DNA of 63,534 bases, filler included, from Asterionella formosa (taxonomy: Eukaryota), in assembly GCA_002256025.1 (NCBI GenBank). It is 16 parts of 16 records of this genome, joined end to end, with 100 filler letters (N's around TTAATTAATTAA, not from the genome) between each part and the next. Parts side by side here need not be neighbours in the genome. Positions count along the whole stretch, not along the records: positions 21,877 to 43,608 come from NKIB01002968.1; positions 43,709 to 45,032 come from NKIB01002990.1; positions 45,133 to 46,456 come from NKIB01002991.1; positions 46,557 to 47,880 come from NKIB01002992.1; positions 47,981 to 49,304 come from NKIB01002993.1; positions 49,405 to 50,728 come from NKIB01002994.1; 10 more parts are not named here. One strand, given 5' to 3'. Under the pieces are notes generated by a model that was not told the origin of the DNA, searched no databases, and saw only the letters and a program-made list of their open reading frames with translations. This document shows, one piece after another, positions 38,090-50,828 of this stretch; position 1 is the first letter of the stretch, and each line of letters starts with the position of its first letter. The position numbers and the translations under genes are program-made.

Positions 38090-38845
38090 CTTCTTCTTAT
38101 CTGTCCACCACATTTGGCTGGCCTCATGATGACCCCGCCCTTATGACATTCACCAATGCCAATTGGGGCCCCCAGGATGCCTCTCGCCATAACCCCACTG
38201 ACCTTGTTACCCTCACGGAATGCTGTTCCCTCCTGGGCTCCATCAGCACGCACACTGGCGCCCCCCTCGCTTGCCACGTCATCCGCAAACCCTGTGTTAC
38301 CCGGAGCACCTGTGAATCTGAAATCAAATCTGGTGACGAAGGTACCAAGGTTACCCAGTTCCTCTTCCACCTTCTCTCTGTCCTCCACATGCCTGACTTA
38401 ACCCTCCTCACCAGCCTTTGGAATGACAATAAAGGGGCAGTGGATTGGTCACACAATTGTGCCAACAAGAAAATGCGGCACCTTAACATTCGTAACATGG
38501 CGGTCCGTGATGCACACCCATGCTCAGAAATCATCATTTCTCACCTCCCTGGCAATCTCAATGTTGCCGATTTATTCACCAAGGAACACAAAGACGATGA
38601 TCACTTCCTCTGTCTTTGCAATTTTATTGTCCTGTCCCGTGGTAATTTTCCTACTTAAGGGGGGGGGGTGTTGGTACCGCATACCGGTTACTACAGTACT
38701 GTCTGTACCAGAACGTACATAAGCATGTTTTTACCAGTAGTAGGTGACCCTTATCTCTAGTTAACTAATCTAAATCCCCAGTTTCTCTGTCAAACAACCT
38801 ATGTCGGGCCATTTGCAAGTGCTCGTTCCTCCTTCCGCCCTGACA
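38090..38845 (+). mobile_element. Degenerate Ty1/Copia 3' remnant: RNase H, G-rich PPT and 3' LTR
   Basis: FTNANWG, RSTCESEI, WNDNKGAVDW, KMRHLNIR, NVADLFTKE. Stop at 38658, then a poly-G PPT and TGTTGG at 38669. LTR end is uncertain (TGACA at 38845). Confidence 0.85.
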
Positions 38846-38900
38846 GATAGTATACCGGGACTTTTCCCAAACAGGGTTGAAAAAGAGAAAACTATTCGTA

Positions 38901-39343
38901 AATTCAACTGCCCATTGGCATTTGCACCACAATTGCACCACCGATTGCACCACTATTACTTACAGACACCAAAATTGCACCATCAGACTACCCATTTATA
39001 AAATCCGTGCTACGGCCTGCACTACCGTAGTGATATTTTCTACATAGGATCACGATCAGATTCATGTAAGATATGTATTTTGTAGTAGCCAACGGCCGTA
39101 GGCTACCCGGTACATACATGTAATGGGACATACCGGTACTAGTAAAGTATTGCAAGCATTTTGTATCATGTATATAGGTTACTACCGGTAATGAATTTTT
39201 AACTACCGGTAAGGCACTCCTTGCTGACGTCATTTTGTCGCTGCACCACATTGCACCACGATAGACCTACTGGTACCAGGTGGTACACTAGCTTCCACCA
39301 CGATCATACTGGTACATACCTGTGTTGCACTGGGGGTTGAATT
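38901..39343. mobile_element. Possible MITE / non-autonomous DNA element
   Basis: Imperfect terminal inverted repeat AATTCAACTGCCCA ... TGGGGGTTGAATT. TTGCACCA(C) is repeated near both ends. Confidence 0.35.
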
Positions 39344-40303
39344 CAATCGACCTACCGGTAATGTGATCACACACACTCTACAGATCTATGAATAATAAAA
39401 ATGTAGTAACTTTAAAATTGGCAACTACCGGTACCAGTACAACGTATTAAAAAAACCGTTTTTCGGCTTTTTCGATTTTCGCTTTTATGGCCAATCGAGC
39501 AAAATGTAGATGCATTACCGGATTCAATAAATGCGTTTGCGTCGTGTGAAGAAGCTACGCATACCAGTCGTATGACAGAATCCAGGTCGAACGCCTGCCA
39601 TGCCATAGAAGTGAACTCGTCGTTCAAAATATATTGACAAAATTGTGCATAATATCATATACAAATTTCATTTTTGGACTTCGCCGGCTACAATTGAGTC
39701 TGGTTAAAAGAATTGACACTGCTTCTGTCATAAGACGACACATCCACGAAATCTCTGTTATTAATATTAACATCATATATATTAATATACCAAACATGAC
39801 CATATCAGTCGACTGAGGTATGTCTTCGGCCCGACATGCTTGATACGAATGCAGTTCCGTATATGTCAATACCTTGTATATACTAAGTAAGTATTTCAGT
39901 CATAAATAATACGGAGGATAAATCATACTGCGAGCAATGCTCTAACCAGAGGAATTCGCGCGCCAACAATCCAAAGCATATAAATATCCTTACCATGTAC
40001 CGTACACACGTCGGCAAAAACATGCACGCAGTATGCTGTCCTGCAAGGCAGGCGCGAATAATTGGCTGGCATTCTCTCGATACACCTAATACTTTCTGGT
40101 ATGAAATGTAGATGTGAAATGTACAATTCTCATGACCAATAAGAGCCGCCGAAACTTTAAACTACATTTTGTCCTGGGAGTCAAACAGCATATCAATACA
40201 ATTACTGTGTTAGATAGTCATTGACGATTCACAATTCTTGTCGCAAGCAAAGCCAATTTCACGAGGGTACCGGTATCCGACTAGAGTGACGACTAGACAA
40301 GAA

Positions 40304-41512
40304 ATGAAACTGATTTGGTGTCTCCTCGTTTCTGGTATTTCATCCTCGGCGTCGAGCAGCAGCAATCTGGATTCCAACGATATTGGAACACCACTGGTTC
40401 GAGTTGAGATAACTCCCTTCGAATTGACCGTATCACCTACACTGGTCTCATTGACTTTGTCGGAAGAATCCATTATACTTGAAGGAGCGGAGGTGGCCAT
40501 TCAAAAATATCTCGCCACTCGTCAAGGTGTATCATTTGAATATTCCGCATTGGCTGACATTCAAGAAGCAACATTGGTTGTGAATGATTCGACACGAAGA
40601 CGTATTATGAAGCAAGCAGCATTTTTCACGATACTTCGATTCAAAGGAGGCATTGCAACATTTCGTCCGACACCTGAACTGCCATCGCCATCCAGTCAAG
40701 AATTGAATGCGTGGGTTCAAACCGCCTTGAATGACAATCTATTGAAGCAGCTGTCCGATACCGAACTCGACTACTTGAATAGCACGAGTTATCATTCTCT
40801 GCTTGCGACCACGGCTCCATCCTTCCAGCCCTCATCGCCGCCTGTGCCAGTACTGTATGGTGGTGTTTCGTCATCTGAAAGTTCGACTACTACTGCTACC
40901 AATAACACCACTGGTTTGGTTGTGGGAATTTCCTTGGCCTTGGTTGGAGTGGCACTTGTGGCACTCTTCCTCCTTCGACAACGTCGTCGACGTATTATGA
41001 CGACAACATCTATGGAAGTGGTCTCAACAAAAGAGGTTGATTCTGCCATTGAATTGAGTGAACCACAAGGATCCGTGCTGACAGACGATCATACCAATCG
41101 GTCTTTGGATACCATGGAATCTTCTCCAGCGTCCCGAGATGACTCCATGTCGTTGGACGAATGGACTCTTTCGACTGTGGCAGCAAACCATTCCCCTGCC
41201 ATGATCATACTGCCAACGGAATCGTTTGAACGGGATCGACAGTGTTTGAAGAAGGATATGTTGCACCCGGATAGTTCTTGGCCCATTTCACAAGAGTACC
41301 ATATCAAGAATCCAACTTCAAAAAAGGCATCTATGCGACGAATGCAACGGAAAAGTGAAAGTACGACTCATGGGACAAACTTGTCTGGGAATCTTGTGGC
41401 TACAAGCAAAGAGTCAACATCACCATTTCTATTTGAATCTGAAGGAGGAAAAGAGATATATTTGATGTCTCCGTTTCAATCGAATCAAAAAACAAGTCAC
41501 ACGGTGACGTGA
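40304..41512 (+). CDS. Hypothetical single-pass (type I) membrane protein
   Basis: Signal peptide MKLIWCLLVSGISSSAS, S/T/P-rich linker, TM helix GLVVGISLALVGVALVALFLL followed by RQRRRR, and a disordered cytosolic tail. Confidence 0.8.
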   Translation: MKLIWCLLVSGISSSASSSSNLDSNDIGTPLVRVEITPFELTVSPTLVSLTLSEESIILEGAEVAIQKYLATRQGVSFEYSALADIQEATLVVNDSTRRRIMKQAAFFTILRFKGGIATFRPTPELPSPSSQELNAWVQTALNDNLLKQLSDTELDYLNSTSYHSLLATTAPSFQPSSPPVPVLYGGVSSSESSTTTATNNTTGLVVGISLALVGVALVALFLLRQRRRRIMTTTSMEVVSTKEVDSAIELSEPQGSVLTDDHTNRSLDTMESSPASRDDSMSLDEWTLSTVAANHSPAMIILPTESFERDRQCLKKDMLHPDSSWPISQEYHIKNPTSKKASMRRMQRKSESTTHGTNLSGNLVATSKESTSPFLFESEGGKEIYLMSPFQSNQKTSHTVT

Positions 41513-44167
41513 ATGGTGTGAGAACCCTGAACACAATATGCGACTCAACTGAGAACTTCTTGGATTAGCTTACGTCTGACCATCTTTATTTCGTGATAGT
41601 GTATTGATTGAGCTAGAAAGAACAATCACAACAACTGAGATATTTTAAGAGTAAAACAATTTTCTTCAATATGTACTGTATTTGTATCAAGCTTGTCTCT
41701 TGTTGGCTCATGGAATGAGAAAGAGAAGTTTTGCAGTTTATATCTAATAAGAAACCATGTTACCAAGAGTGTTAAGCTATGTAAACATTAAAACATGTAA
41801 ACAATAAGAATGACTGGAAACAGATCAATTAAGGTTAACAATATGCTTTTGAGCAGAAGCAAATCACTTTTCATAGGCACCAACATAAACATGTTCAGGA
41901 TGATATGGCTGGAAGTTTCAAGTGCGCCATCATTGTGCAGAAATTCTGGATTTTGTTTTACCTTTTGGGGTGTAGGGACAGGAATTACTTACATCCTTTT
42001 TTCACTTCTGAATATCAACATTCGGTTTATATACCACGTATAAGTTCATTTAATCAAGCGCCTTATTGTTACTTTATTAGTGACAGGCGGGGAGCCGGCA
42101 TGCATGTTGCTTCCTGGCATACCCCTTCTGGGTTTTGAAAAGAACAAACAATTTCACCCACCTTGTGTCAACACAACAGATGTGGTGACTCTTGGTGCTT
42201 GTATGCAAGGAGATGGATGTGGACACACCCTCTTGAGGGAGAGTTGGGGAAGTGATTGGATGCGTTTGTTGTGTCGTATGTTTCAATCTTCTAACTTGCT
42301 TGTTTCTCAACTGGTGAAGAAAGTTGTGAGTTTAGTCGGTGAGTGCGAAGGAGTTTGCGGTCACATTGTTGTTCTGGGTTGAATGTCTTGTAATTGTATT
42401 GTAAAACTCCATTGGGCAACTCTCCATTGAACAATTGCCTTCGACAGTAATAATTGCTATATTTGCCCAATTTCCTCCCTTTCGCAGTGATGGGAACTCT
42501 TAATCTTGTTTTTGTGCTGCTAGAATGTTTCTTTTCATTTTGAGGGCATATTTCCTTTGCAAATTATTTCACCCATGCCAGTTTGGTGGCGGACACTTCA
42601 TGCTTTGATAACAGAGCATTTCATGGATACAATGTCGCTTGTTGCTTGCTGGAAGCCATTTGGCCAGCAGTGGCATGACGATTCATTTGAGCTCTCGCCA
42701 TAAGGTCTACATAAACACTGGAAGCATCATGAAAGCTCTCCTGTTGTCGTGCTGATTATGGATTGAATGGTGTAGTTGTCTGTGATGGTTATCGCGTCAT
42801 TGTACCGACATTTTGAGAGAAGAATGGAGTGACAATGGAAAGCTTGACCATTCCAGTCATGGTAGGAGTTTTAGCCCTTTCGTTAGCATGTATGATTGGA
42901 TCAAACTCCTGTCTATTGATATATCTCTAGTTTTATTGTTTGGTTTGTTGTTTGTTAAGTGTACATCAAAAATTCATCGGATAAATTCATTGCACTTGCA
43001 TCGTTTATGGATTCTTCGCCAAAGCAAGCATCACCCCCAGACGAGGACAATGCATGATGATTTTTTTACAGTTTGTTCGATGCAATGATTTTTCATTGTT
43101 TTTGTCAAAGCGATTTAGGAAAAAATGATAGCTGATCACATTTTTGCTTACCAACTTATGAAGCATTATTCTGTGGCCCAAATCTCAAATAAGGATACAT
43201 GTATGCAATGATGGAAAATGTAGCTAGCTTCATCAAAAGTAGTATAGAATAATTGGTAAGCATGTTCATGGTGTTCAGGGATGTATCCTGCTGTGGTTAC
43301 AGGAAGGGCGCTCATAACTGCTTAATACCAGAGATTCTATACTTTTGACACAGTTACATTATCAAGCAAAGCACCTGAACAAGACTCTCCAACTTCTCGT
43401 TTTCTCAAAATCTCAAAATTTGAGAGCATTTAGGGGATTGGCATAGAAATCTCAAGTCTGAAGGCTGAAACATGATGTAAGTGACACACAGGTACCACTC
43501 CTAGAAAGCATTTCAAATATTTGCCGAGCCGCTGGGTCACATGACAGATCAACTGTCAATCGGTGTGTAGAGTGTATCCCGGTACTGGTATGCTTATTTA
43601 CACACAGANNNNNNNNNNNNNNNNNNNNNNNNNNNNNNNNNNNNNNNNNNNNTTAATTAATTAANNNNNNNNNNNNNNNNNNNNNNNNNNNNNNNNNNNN
43701 NNNNNNNNGGTTTTTTAACTATGCTGAAAATAGTGGATTTTACCGGGCTAACTCGTTTATTTGGCCTAGTAAAAAAACCGAAGTTCCTTTCTGCAGTTTC
43801 TCGCCGAAAGTTAACTTCTGGGGCTATATGAAGATTACCTATGTACTTAACTCTTCTTCAAACCCTGCCAACGTTGAGCTATCGTCGTCCAAAAATTCGA
43901 CAATATCGGCCTTTTCAACGGTCACCCAAATGTCGGAATCAGAATCACTAATCGCCGAAACGTCATCATCGGAATGGTAGTCTTGTGCTAAAATTTGTAG
44001 TCGTAAAATCTCGTGTACAAAAAGTTCCAATGTAATTGCCCGCTGTAATAATCATATTCTGATTTGTTATCCTTACATCCGTTCGATTGGCACGGTTTGC
44101 GAGGTCGTGCAATCCCACGCCGGCCACACTGGATACACATGAAGCATGTTCTTGGGTGTTGGCCGAT

Positions 44168-44273
44168 CCTACCCGTATACCGGTATCCGTACGGAGTGGG
44201 AATATCGAGTACCGGGTAGGTTTACCCGTATACCGGAATCCGTACGGAGTAGGAATACCGAGAACCGGGTAGA
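44168..44273. repeat. Tandem pair of 53-bp self-complementary units
   Basis: CCTACCCGTATACCGGTATCCGTACGGAGT...CCGGGTAGG then TTTACCCGTATACCGGAATCCGTACGGAGT...CCGGGTAGA. Confidence 0.85.
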
Positions 44274-45132
44274 CCTACCGGTACCAGGTAACTGATCATC
44301 ATTCGTCATAGTAAATGGTAGTGCACGCTAACCAGTACCTTAGTACCGATAGTTTGCACATTCAAATATATTTTGCAGCCGCCGGGTCGTGCATGTGAAA
44401 CATATTTATGATACGAGTAGGTATACTATCGGTAGAGTAGCAATATAAAACATTCAGCGATGGAGAATCTATCTTTACATATTTTATGCATTTGAAATGG
44501 AATCTATATACGTACGCGCAAATTTCCACTCATTTGAATTTTTCAAACGGAATCATTGATATTCAAATTAGCACATAAAAGTTCTTAGTTCCAGGGAATT
44601 TCGGCAACCCTAAGCAATATTTTAATTTTTGCCTAGGGGTTCAAATGCAGGAACCTTAAGTTCCCTAAAAGTCACAATCATTTCTTGAATTCATAGGAAT
44701 TTCCTGAATCGTCATGGTGTTTTCCTGAAAGTCCTATAGTCACATGCTTTGTATTCTCGTTTTTGCAACTTGAAGAATTCCGCTATTTATTTCGCTGAGT
44801 CGTGCTATGAAGAAGATGTTCTTTAGTACTATATATGATAAATATGTCGCTGTCCGGTAACACATTGTCCGTTTCAGGAAAATGACCGCAGGTTGCAGCA
44901 GGTACAGATGGCTAAATCCTTATTTAAGCAAACCTACCGCAACTTGCCGGTACCAGGGTAGTCGAGTTCTCTTCTGATAGAGTTCTGATATACCGGTAGT
45001 CTAAATAAGCATTCCTAACCCTATGGGTACATNNNNNNNNNNNNNNNNNNNNNNNNNNNNNNNNNNNNNNNNNNNNTTAATTAATTAANNNNNNNNNNNN
45101 NNNNNNNNNNNNNNNNNNNNNNNNNNNNNNNN

Positions 45133-46456
45133 CTGTATCGTCATTTGCTTGTTGAAATTGTCCGTTTCCTCAAACTTGCTTGGCGTGTGCGTGCAGACAC
45201 TGTCGACTGGTTTTCAATGGTATGTTGTTCTTGTATTCACTGTTGAACTTGTCCGCATCTTTGTTACCATCAATAGAGCGACGCAGACGAAGTGGGTCTC
45301 TTCATTGTTGTTTGCTCCTGAAAATGTCGGTGTCCGTGTCCGTGTCATCCTCATCAATAGAGAGACAAGTTCTTTCGTTGGAAACATTGGTACCCGTGGT
45401 ATCATCATTCGCTCGTTGGAACCGCTGTCCGTTGCCTCAAACCTGATTAGCGTCTGAGTACCGGTATGTGCACTGTCGACTTTAGTACATTACAGGCGGA
45501 GTGACTTCGCTACTAAATTGCGTGATATAATAATATACCCTGTAGCACATCGCAGAATACATTTGCTTCCCAATCATCTCATCATGATTGATAAGATGAT
45601 ACTGTGATATCATGATAGGGTTACATCGATGCATACATCACCAAAGTATGACACGTAATATTGAATAAAGTACATCACATAGCTATGATAAATTGATCAT
45701 AAAAATATGATGATTTTATCAAAAGTTTATGATATAATTTTGATCAAAATATGATCATGTAAAAATAGTACAATGACAATAAAATACGATAAAATATGTA
45801 CGCAAGTGTTACCAAGACATCATAAAAAATAAATCAAGCAATCATAAAGTATGTTAATTATTATATGTGTTTGTCGTTTAATGTATACACTTAAAGTCAA
45901 CACTTAATATGATAGTATTATACAGTGGATAGGATCTAAGTATACGGATGCGTTGATATGTGCATCACTATAATATGATTTGTGACATGATGGATTGATG
46001 CATATCACATACGGGTATCCTCAACAACCAGCCATCACGTTCATTGTTGTGTCGTCTTTCCTTGTTTTAGCTATATATATGCTCAGATCCGTTCTTCCAT
46101 TGCAAATCTTCCTTCAATAGGTCAAACTCGTCATCCTTGATCATTTGCCTTCCAGCGGCATCGTAGGACTGAAGCGCGTCCAGAAAGATACGCTCCTTTT
46201 CGGCTACTGTGAGACGAATGAGTTCCCCACTTTCCGGATCGACGACACAGTATTCCTTGTCAGGACTACTTTCGTTTTTGCTTGATTCCTATGGGGAAAG
46301 ATGGAAGTAAGAATTTTTATTTACTCATAAATAGTTACTAACAAAATGGTTATTTGTTTTTAATCAAGTACAGCCATTTGCAAATAACCGGACGCTGGTG
46401 TCGTTTCTTTTGCTCCATCGACCGAGTCGGACAGAAGTGTCATGTTTATGACAAGT
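45133..46456 (-). repeat. 1324-bp contig, copy 1 (reverse orientation)
   Basis: Reverse complement of 46557-47880 with a few substitutions and identical ends. Confidence 0.97.
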
Positions 46457-46556
46457 NNNNNNNNNNNNNNNNNNNNNNNNNNNNNNNNNNNNNNNNNNNN
46501 TTAATTAATTAANNNNNNNNNNNNNNNNNNNNNNNNNNNNNNNNNNNNNNNNNNNN

Positions 46557-47880
46557 ACTTGTCATAAACATGACACTTCTGTCCGACTCGGTCGATGGAG
46601 CAAAAGAAACGACACCAGCGTCCGGTTATTTGCAAATGGCTGTACTTGATTAAAAACAAATAACCATTTTGTTAGTAACTATTAATGAGTAAATAAAAAT
46701 TCTTACTTCCATCTTTCCCCATAGGAATCAAGCAAAAACGAAAGTAGTCCTGACAAGGAATACTGTGTCGTCGATCCGGAAAGTGGGGAACTCATTCGTC
46801 TCACAGTAGCCGAAAAGGAGCGTATCTTTCTGGACGCGCTTCAGTCCTACGATGCCGCTGGAAGGCAAATGCTCAAGGATGACGAGTTTGACCTATTGAA
46901 GGAAGATTTGCAATGGAAGAACGGATCTGAGCATATATATAGCTAAAACAAGGAAAGACGACACAACAATGAACGTGATGGCTGGTTGTTGAGGATACCC
47001 GTATGTGATATGCATCAATCCATCATGTCACAAATCATATTATAGTGATGCACATATCAACGCATCCGTATACTTAGATCCTATCCACTGTATAATACTA
47101 TCATATTAAGTGTTGACTTTAAGTGTATACATTAAACGACAAACACATATAATAATTAACATACTTTATGATTGCTTGATTTATTTTTTATGATGTCTTG
47201 GTAACACTTGCGTACATATTTTATCGTATTTTATTGTCATGGTACTATTTTTACATAATCATATTTTGATCAAAATTATATCATAAAAATTTGATAAAAT
47301 CATCATATTTTTATGATCAATTTATCATAGCTATGTGATGTACTTTATTCAATATTACGTGTCATACTTTGGTGATGTATGCATCGATGTAACCCTATCA
47401 TGATATCACAGTATCATCTTATCAATCATGATGAGATGATTGGGAAGCAAATGTATTCTGCGATGTGCTACAGGGTATATTATTATATCACGCAATTTAG
47501 TAGCGAAGTCACTCCGCCTGTAATGTACTAAAGTCGACAGTGCACATACCGGTACTCAGACGCTAATCAGGTTTGAGGCAACGGACAGCGGTTCCAACGA
47601 GCGAATGATGATACCACGGGTACCAATTTTTCCAACGAAAGAACTTGTCTCTCTATTGATGAGGATGACACGGACACGGACACCGACATTTTCAGGAGCA
47701 AACAACAATGAAGAGACCCACTTCGTCTGCGTCGCTCTATTGATGGTAACAAAGATGCGGACAAGTTCAACAGTGAATACAAGAACAACATACCATTGAA
47801 AACCAGTCGACAGTGTCTGCACGCACACGCCAAGCAAGTTTGAGGCAACGGACAATTTCAACAAGCAAATGACGATACAG
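46557..47880 (+). repeat. 1324-bp contig, copy 2
   Basis: Near-identical to 47981-49304 and 49405-50728. Confidence 0.97.
46725..46946 (+). pseudogene. PGRL1: PGRL1-like exon fragment, truncated (also 48149-48370 +, 49573-49794 +, 46067-46288 -)
   Basis: After a pyrimidine-rich acceptor (TTTCCCCATAG) the frame reads ESSKNESSPDKEYCVVDPESGELIRLTVAEKERIFLDALQSYDAAGRQMLKDDEFDLLKEDLQWKNGSEH. This matches the PGRL1 pattern EKE..FL.AL..Y...G...L.D.EFD.LKE.L.W.GS. Not in the ORF track because it has no start codon. Confidence 0.82.
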
Positions 47881-47980
47881 NNNNNNNNNNNNNNNNNNNN
47901 NNNNNNNNNNNNNNNNNNNNNNNNTTAATTAATTAANNNNNNNNNNNNNNNNNNNNNNNNNNNNNNNNNNNNNNNNNNNN

Positions 47981-49304
47981 ACTTGTCATAAACATGACAC
48001 TTCTGTCCGACTCGGTCGATGGAGCAAAAGAAACGACACCAGCGTCCGGTTATTTGCAAATGGCTGTACTTGATTAAAAACAAATAACCATTTTGTTAGT
48101 AACTATTAATGAGTAAATAAAAATTCTTACTTCCATCTTTCCCCATAGGAATCAAGCAAAAACGAAAGTAGTCCTGACAAGGAATACTGTGTCGTCGATC
48201 CGGAAAGTGGGGAACTCATTCGTCTCACAGTAGCCGAAAAGGAGCGTATCTTTCTGGACGCGCTTCAGTCCTACGATGCCGCTGGAAGGCAAATGCTCAA
48301 GGATGACGAGTTTGACCTATTGAAGGAAGATTTGCAATGGAAGAACGGATCTGAGCATATATATAGCTAAAACAAGGAAAGACGACACAACAATGAACGT
48401 GATGGCTGGTTGTTGAGGATACCCGTATGTGATATGCATCAATCCATCATGTCACAAATCATATTATAGTGATGCACATATCAACGCATCCGTATACTTA
48501 GATCCTATCCACTGTATAATACTATCATATTAAGTGTTGACTTTAAGTGTATACATTAAACGACAAACACATATAATAATTAACATACTTTATGATTGCT
48601 TGATTTATTTTTTATGATGTCTTGGTAACACTTGCGTACATATTTTATCGTATTTTATTGTCATGGTACTATTTTTACATAATCATATTTTGATCAAAAT
48701 TATATCATAAACATTTGATAAAATCATCATAATTTTATGATCAATTTATCATAGCTATGTGATGTACTTTATTCAATATTACGTGTCATACTTTGGTGAT
48801 GTATGCATCGATGTAACCCTATCATGATATCACAGTATCATCTTATCAATCATGATGAGATGATTGGGAAGCAAATGTATTCTGCGATGTGCTACAGGGT
48901 ATATTATTATATCACGCAATTTAGTAGCGAAGTCACTCCGCCTGTAATGTACTAAAGTCGACAGTGCACATACCGGTACTCAGACGCTAATCAGGTTTGA
49001 GGCAACGGACAGCGGTTCCAACGAGCGAATGATGATACCACGGGTACCAATTTTTCCAACGAAAGAACTTGTCTCTCTATTGATGAGGATGACACGGACA
49101 CGGACACCGACATTTTCAGGAGCAAACAACAATGAAGAGACCCACTTCGTCTGCGTCGCTCTATTGATGGTAACAAAGATGCGGACAAGTTCAACAGTGA
49201 ATACAAGAACAACATACCATTGAAAACCAGTCGACAGTGTCTGCACGCACACGCCAAGCAAGTTTGAGGCAACGGACAATTTCAACAAGCAAATGACGAT
49301 ACAG
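47981..49304 (+). repeat. 1324-bp contig, copy 3
   Basis: Near-identical to copy 2 (offset 1424). Confidence 0.97.
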
Positions 49305-49404
49305 NNNNNNNNNNNNNNNNNNNNNNNNNNNNNNNNNNNNNNNNNNNNTTAATTAATTAANNNNNNNNNNNNNNNNNNNNNNNNNNNNNNNNNNNNNNNN
49401 NNNN

Positions 49405-50728
49405 ACTTGTCATAAACATGACACTTCTGTCCGACTCGGTCGATGGAGCAAAAGAAACGACACCAGCGTCCGGTTATTTGCAAATGGCTGTACTTGATTA
49501 AAAACAAATAACCATTTTGTTAGTAACTATTAATGAGTAAATAAAAATTCTTACTTCCATCTTTCCCCATAGGAATCAAGCAAAAACGAAAGTAGTCCTG
49601 ACAAGGAATACTGTGTCGTCGCTCCGGAAAGTGGGGAACTCATTCGTCTCACAGTAGCCGAAAAGGAGCGTATCTTTCTGGACGCGCTTCAGTCCTACGA
49701 TGCCGCTGGAAGGCAAATGCTCAAGGATGACGAGTTTGACCTATTGAAGGAAGATTTGCAATGGAAGAACGGATCTGAGCATATATATAGCTAAAACAAG
49801 GAAAGACGACACAACAATGAACGTGATGGCTGGTTGTTGAGGATACCCGTATGTGATATGCATCAATCCATCATGTCACAAATCATATTATAGTGATGCA
49901 CATATCAACGCATCCGTATACTTAGATCCTATCCACTGTATAATACTATCATATTAAGTGTTGACTTTAAGTGTATACATTAAACGACAAACACATATAA
50001 TAATTAACATACTTTATGATTGCTTGATTTATTTTTTATGATGTCTTGGTAACACTTGCGTACATATTTTATCGTATTTTATTGTCATGGTACTATTTTT
50101 ACATAATCATATTTTGATCAAAATTATATCATAAACATTTGATAAAATCATCATAATTTTATGATCAATTTATCATAGCTATGTGATGTACTTTATTCAA
50201 TATTACGTGTCATACTTTGGTGATGTATGCATCGATGTAACCCTATCATGATATCACAGTATCATCTTATCAATCATGATGAGATGATTGGGAAGCAAAT
50301 GTATTCTGCGATGTGCTACAGGGTATATTATTATATCACGCAATTTAGTAGCGAAGTCACTCCGCCTGTAATGTACTAAAGTCGACAGTGCACATACCGG
50401 TACTCAGACGCTAATCAGGTTTGAGGCAACGGACAGCGGTTCCAACGAGCGAATGATGATACCACGGGTACCAATTTTTCCAACGAAAGAACTTGTCTCT
50501 CTATTGATGAGGATGACACGGACACGGACACCGACATTTTCAGGAGCAAACAACAATGAAGAGACCCACTTCGTCTGCGTCGCTCTATTGATGGTAACAA
50601 AGATGCGGACAAGTTCAACAGTGAATACAAGAACAACATACCATTGAAAACCAGTCGACAGTGTCTGCACGCACACGCCAAGCAAGTTTGAGGCAACGGA
50701 CAATTTCAACAAGCAAATGACGATACAG
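49405..50728 (+). repeat. 1324-bp contig, copy 4
   Basis: Near-identical to copy 2 (offset 2848). Confidence 0.97.
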
Positions 50729-50828
50729 NNNNNNNNNNNNNNNNNNNNNNNNNNNNNNNNNNNNNNNNNNNNTTAATTAATTAANNNNNNNNNNNNNNNN
50801 NNNNNNNNNNNNNNNNNNNNNNNNNNNN

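Noticed and set aside
41800..43400. Possible decayed gene or transposon on the minus strand
   Set aside because: Coding-like texture, but I could not recover any recognisable motif.
47556..47864. 102/93/64-aa ORFs repeated in each 1324-bp contig
   Set aside because: Overlapping short frames within a repeat, disrupted in the 37.8-38.1 kb copy, with no recognisable domain.
45133..50728. Apparent 1424-bp tandem array with an inverted first unit (giant palindrome centred at ~46506)
   Set aside because: Every unit is a separate contig between artificial N-linkers, so periodicity and orientation come from the concatenation.
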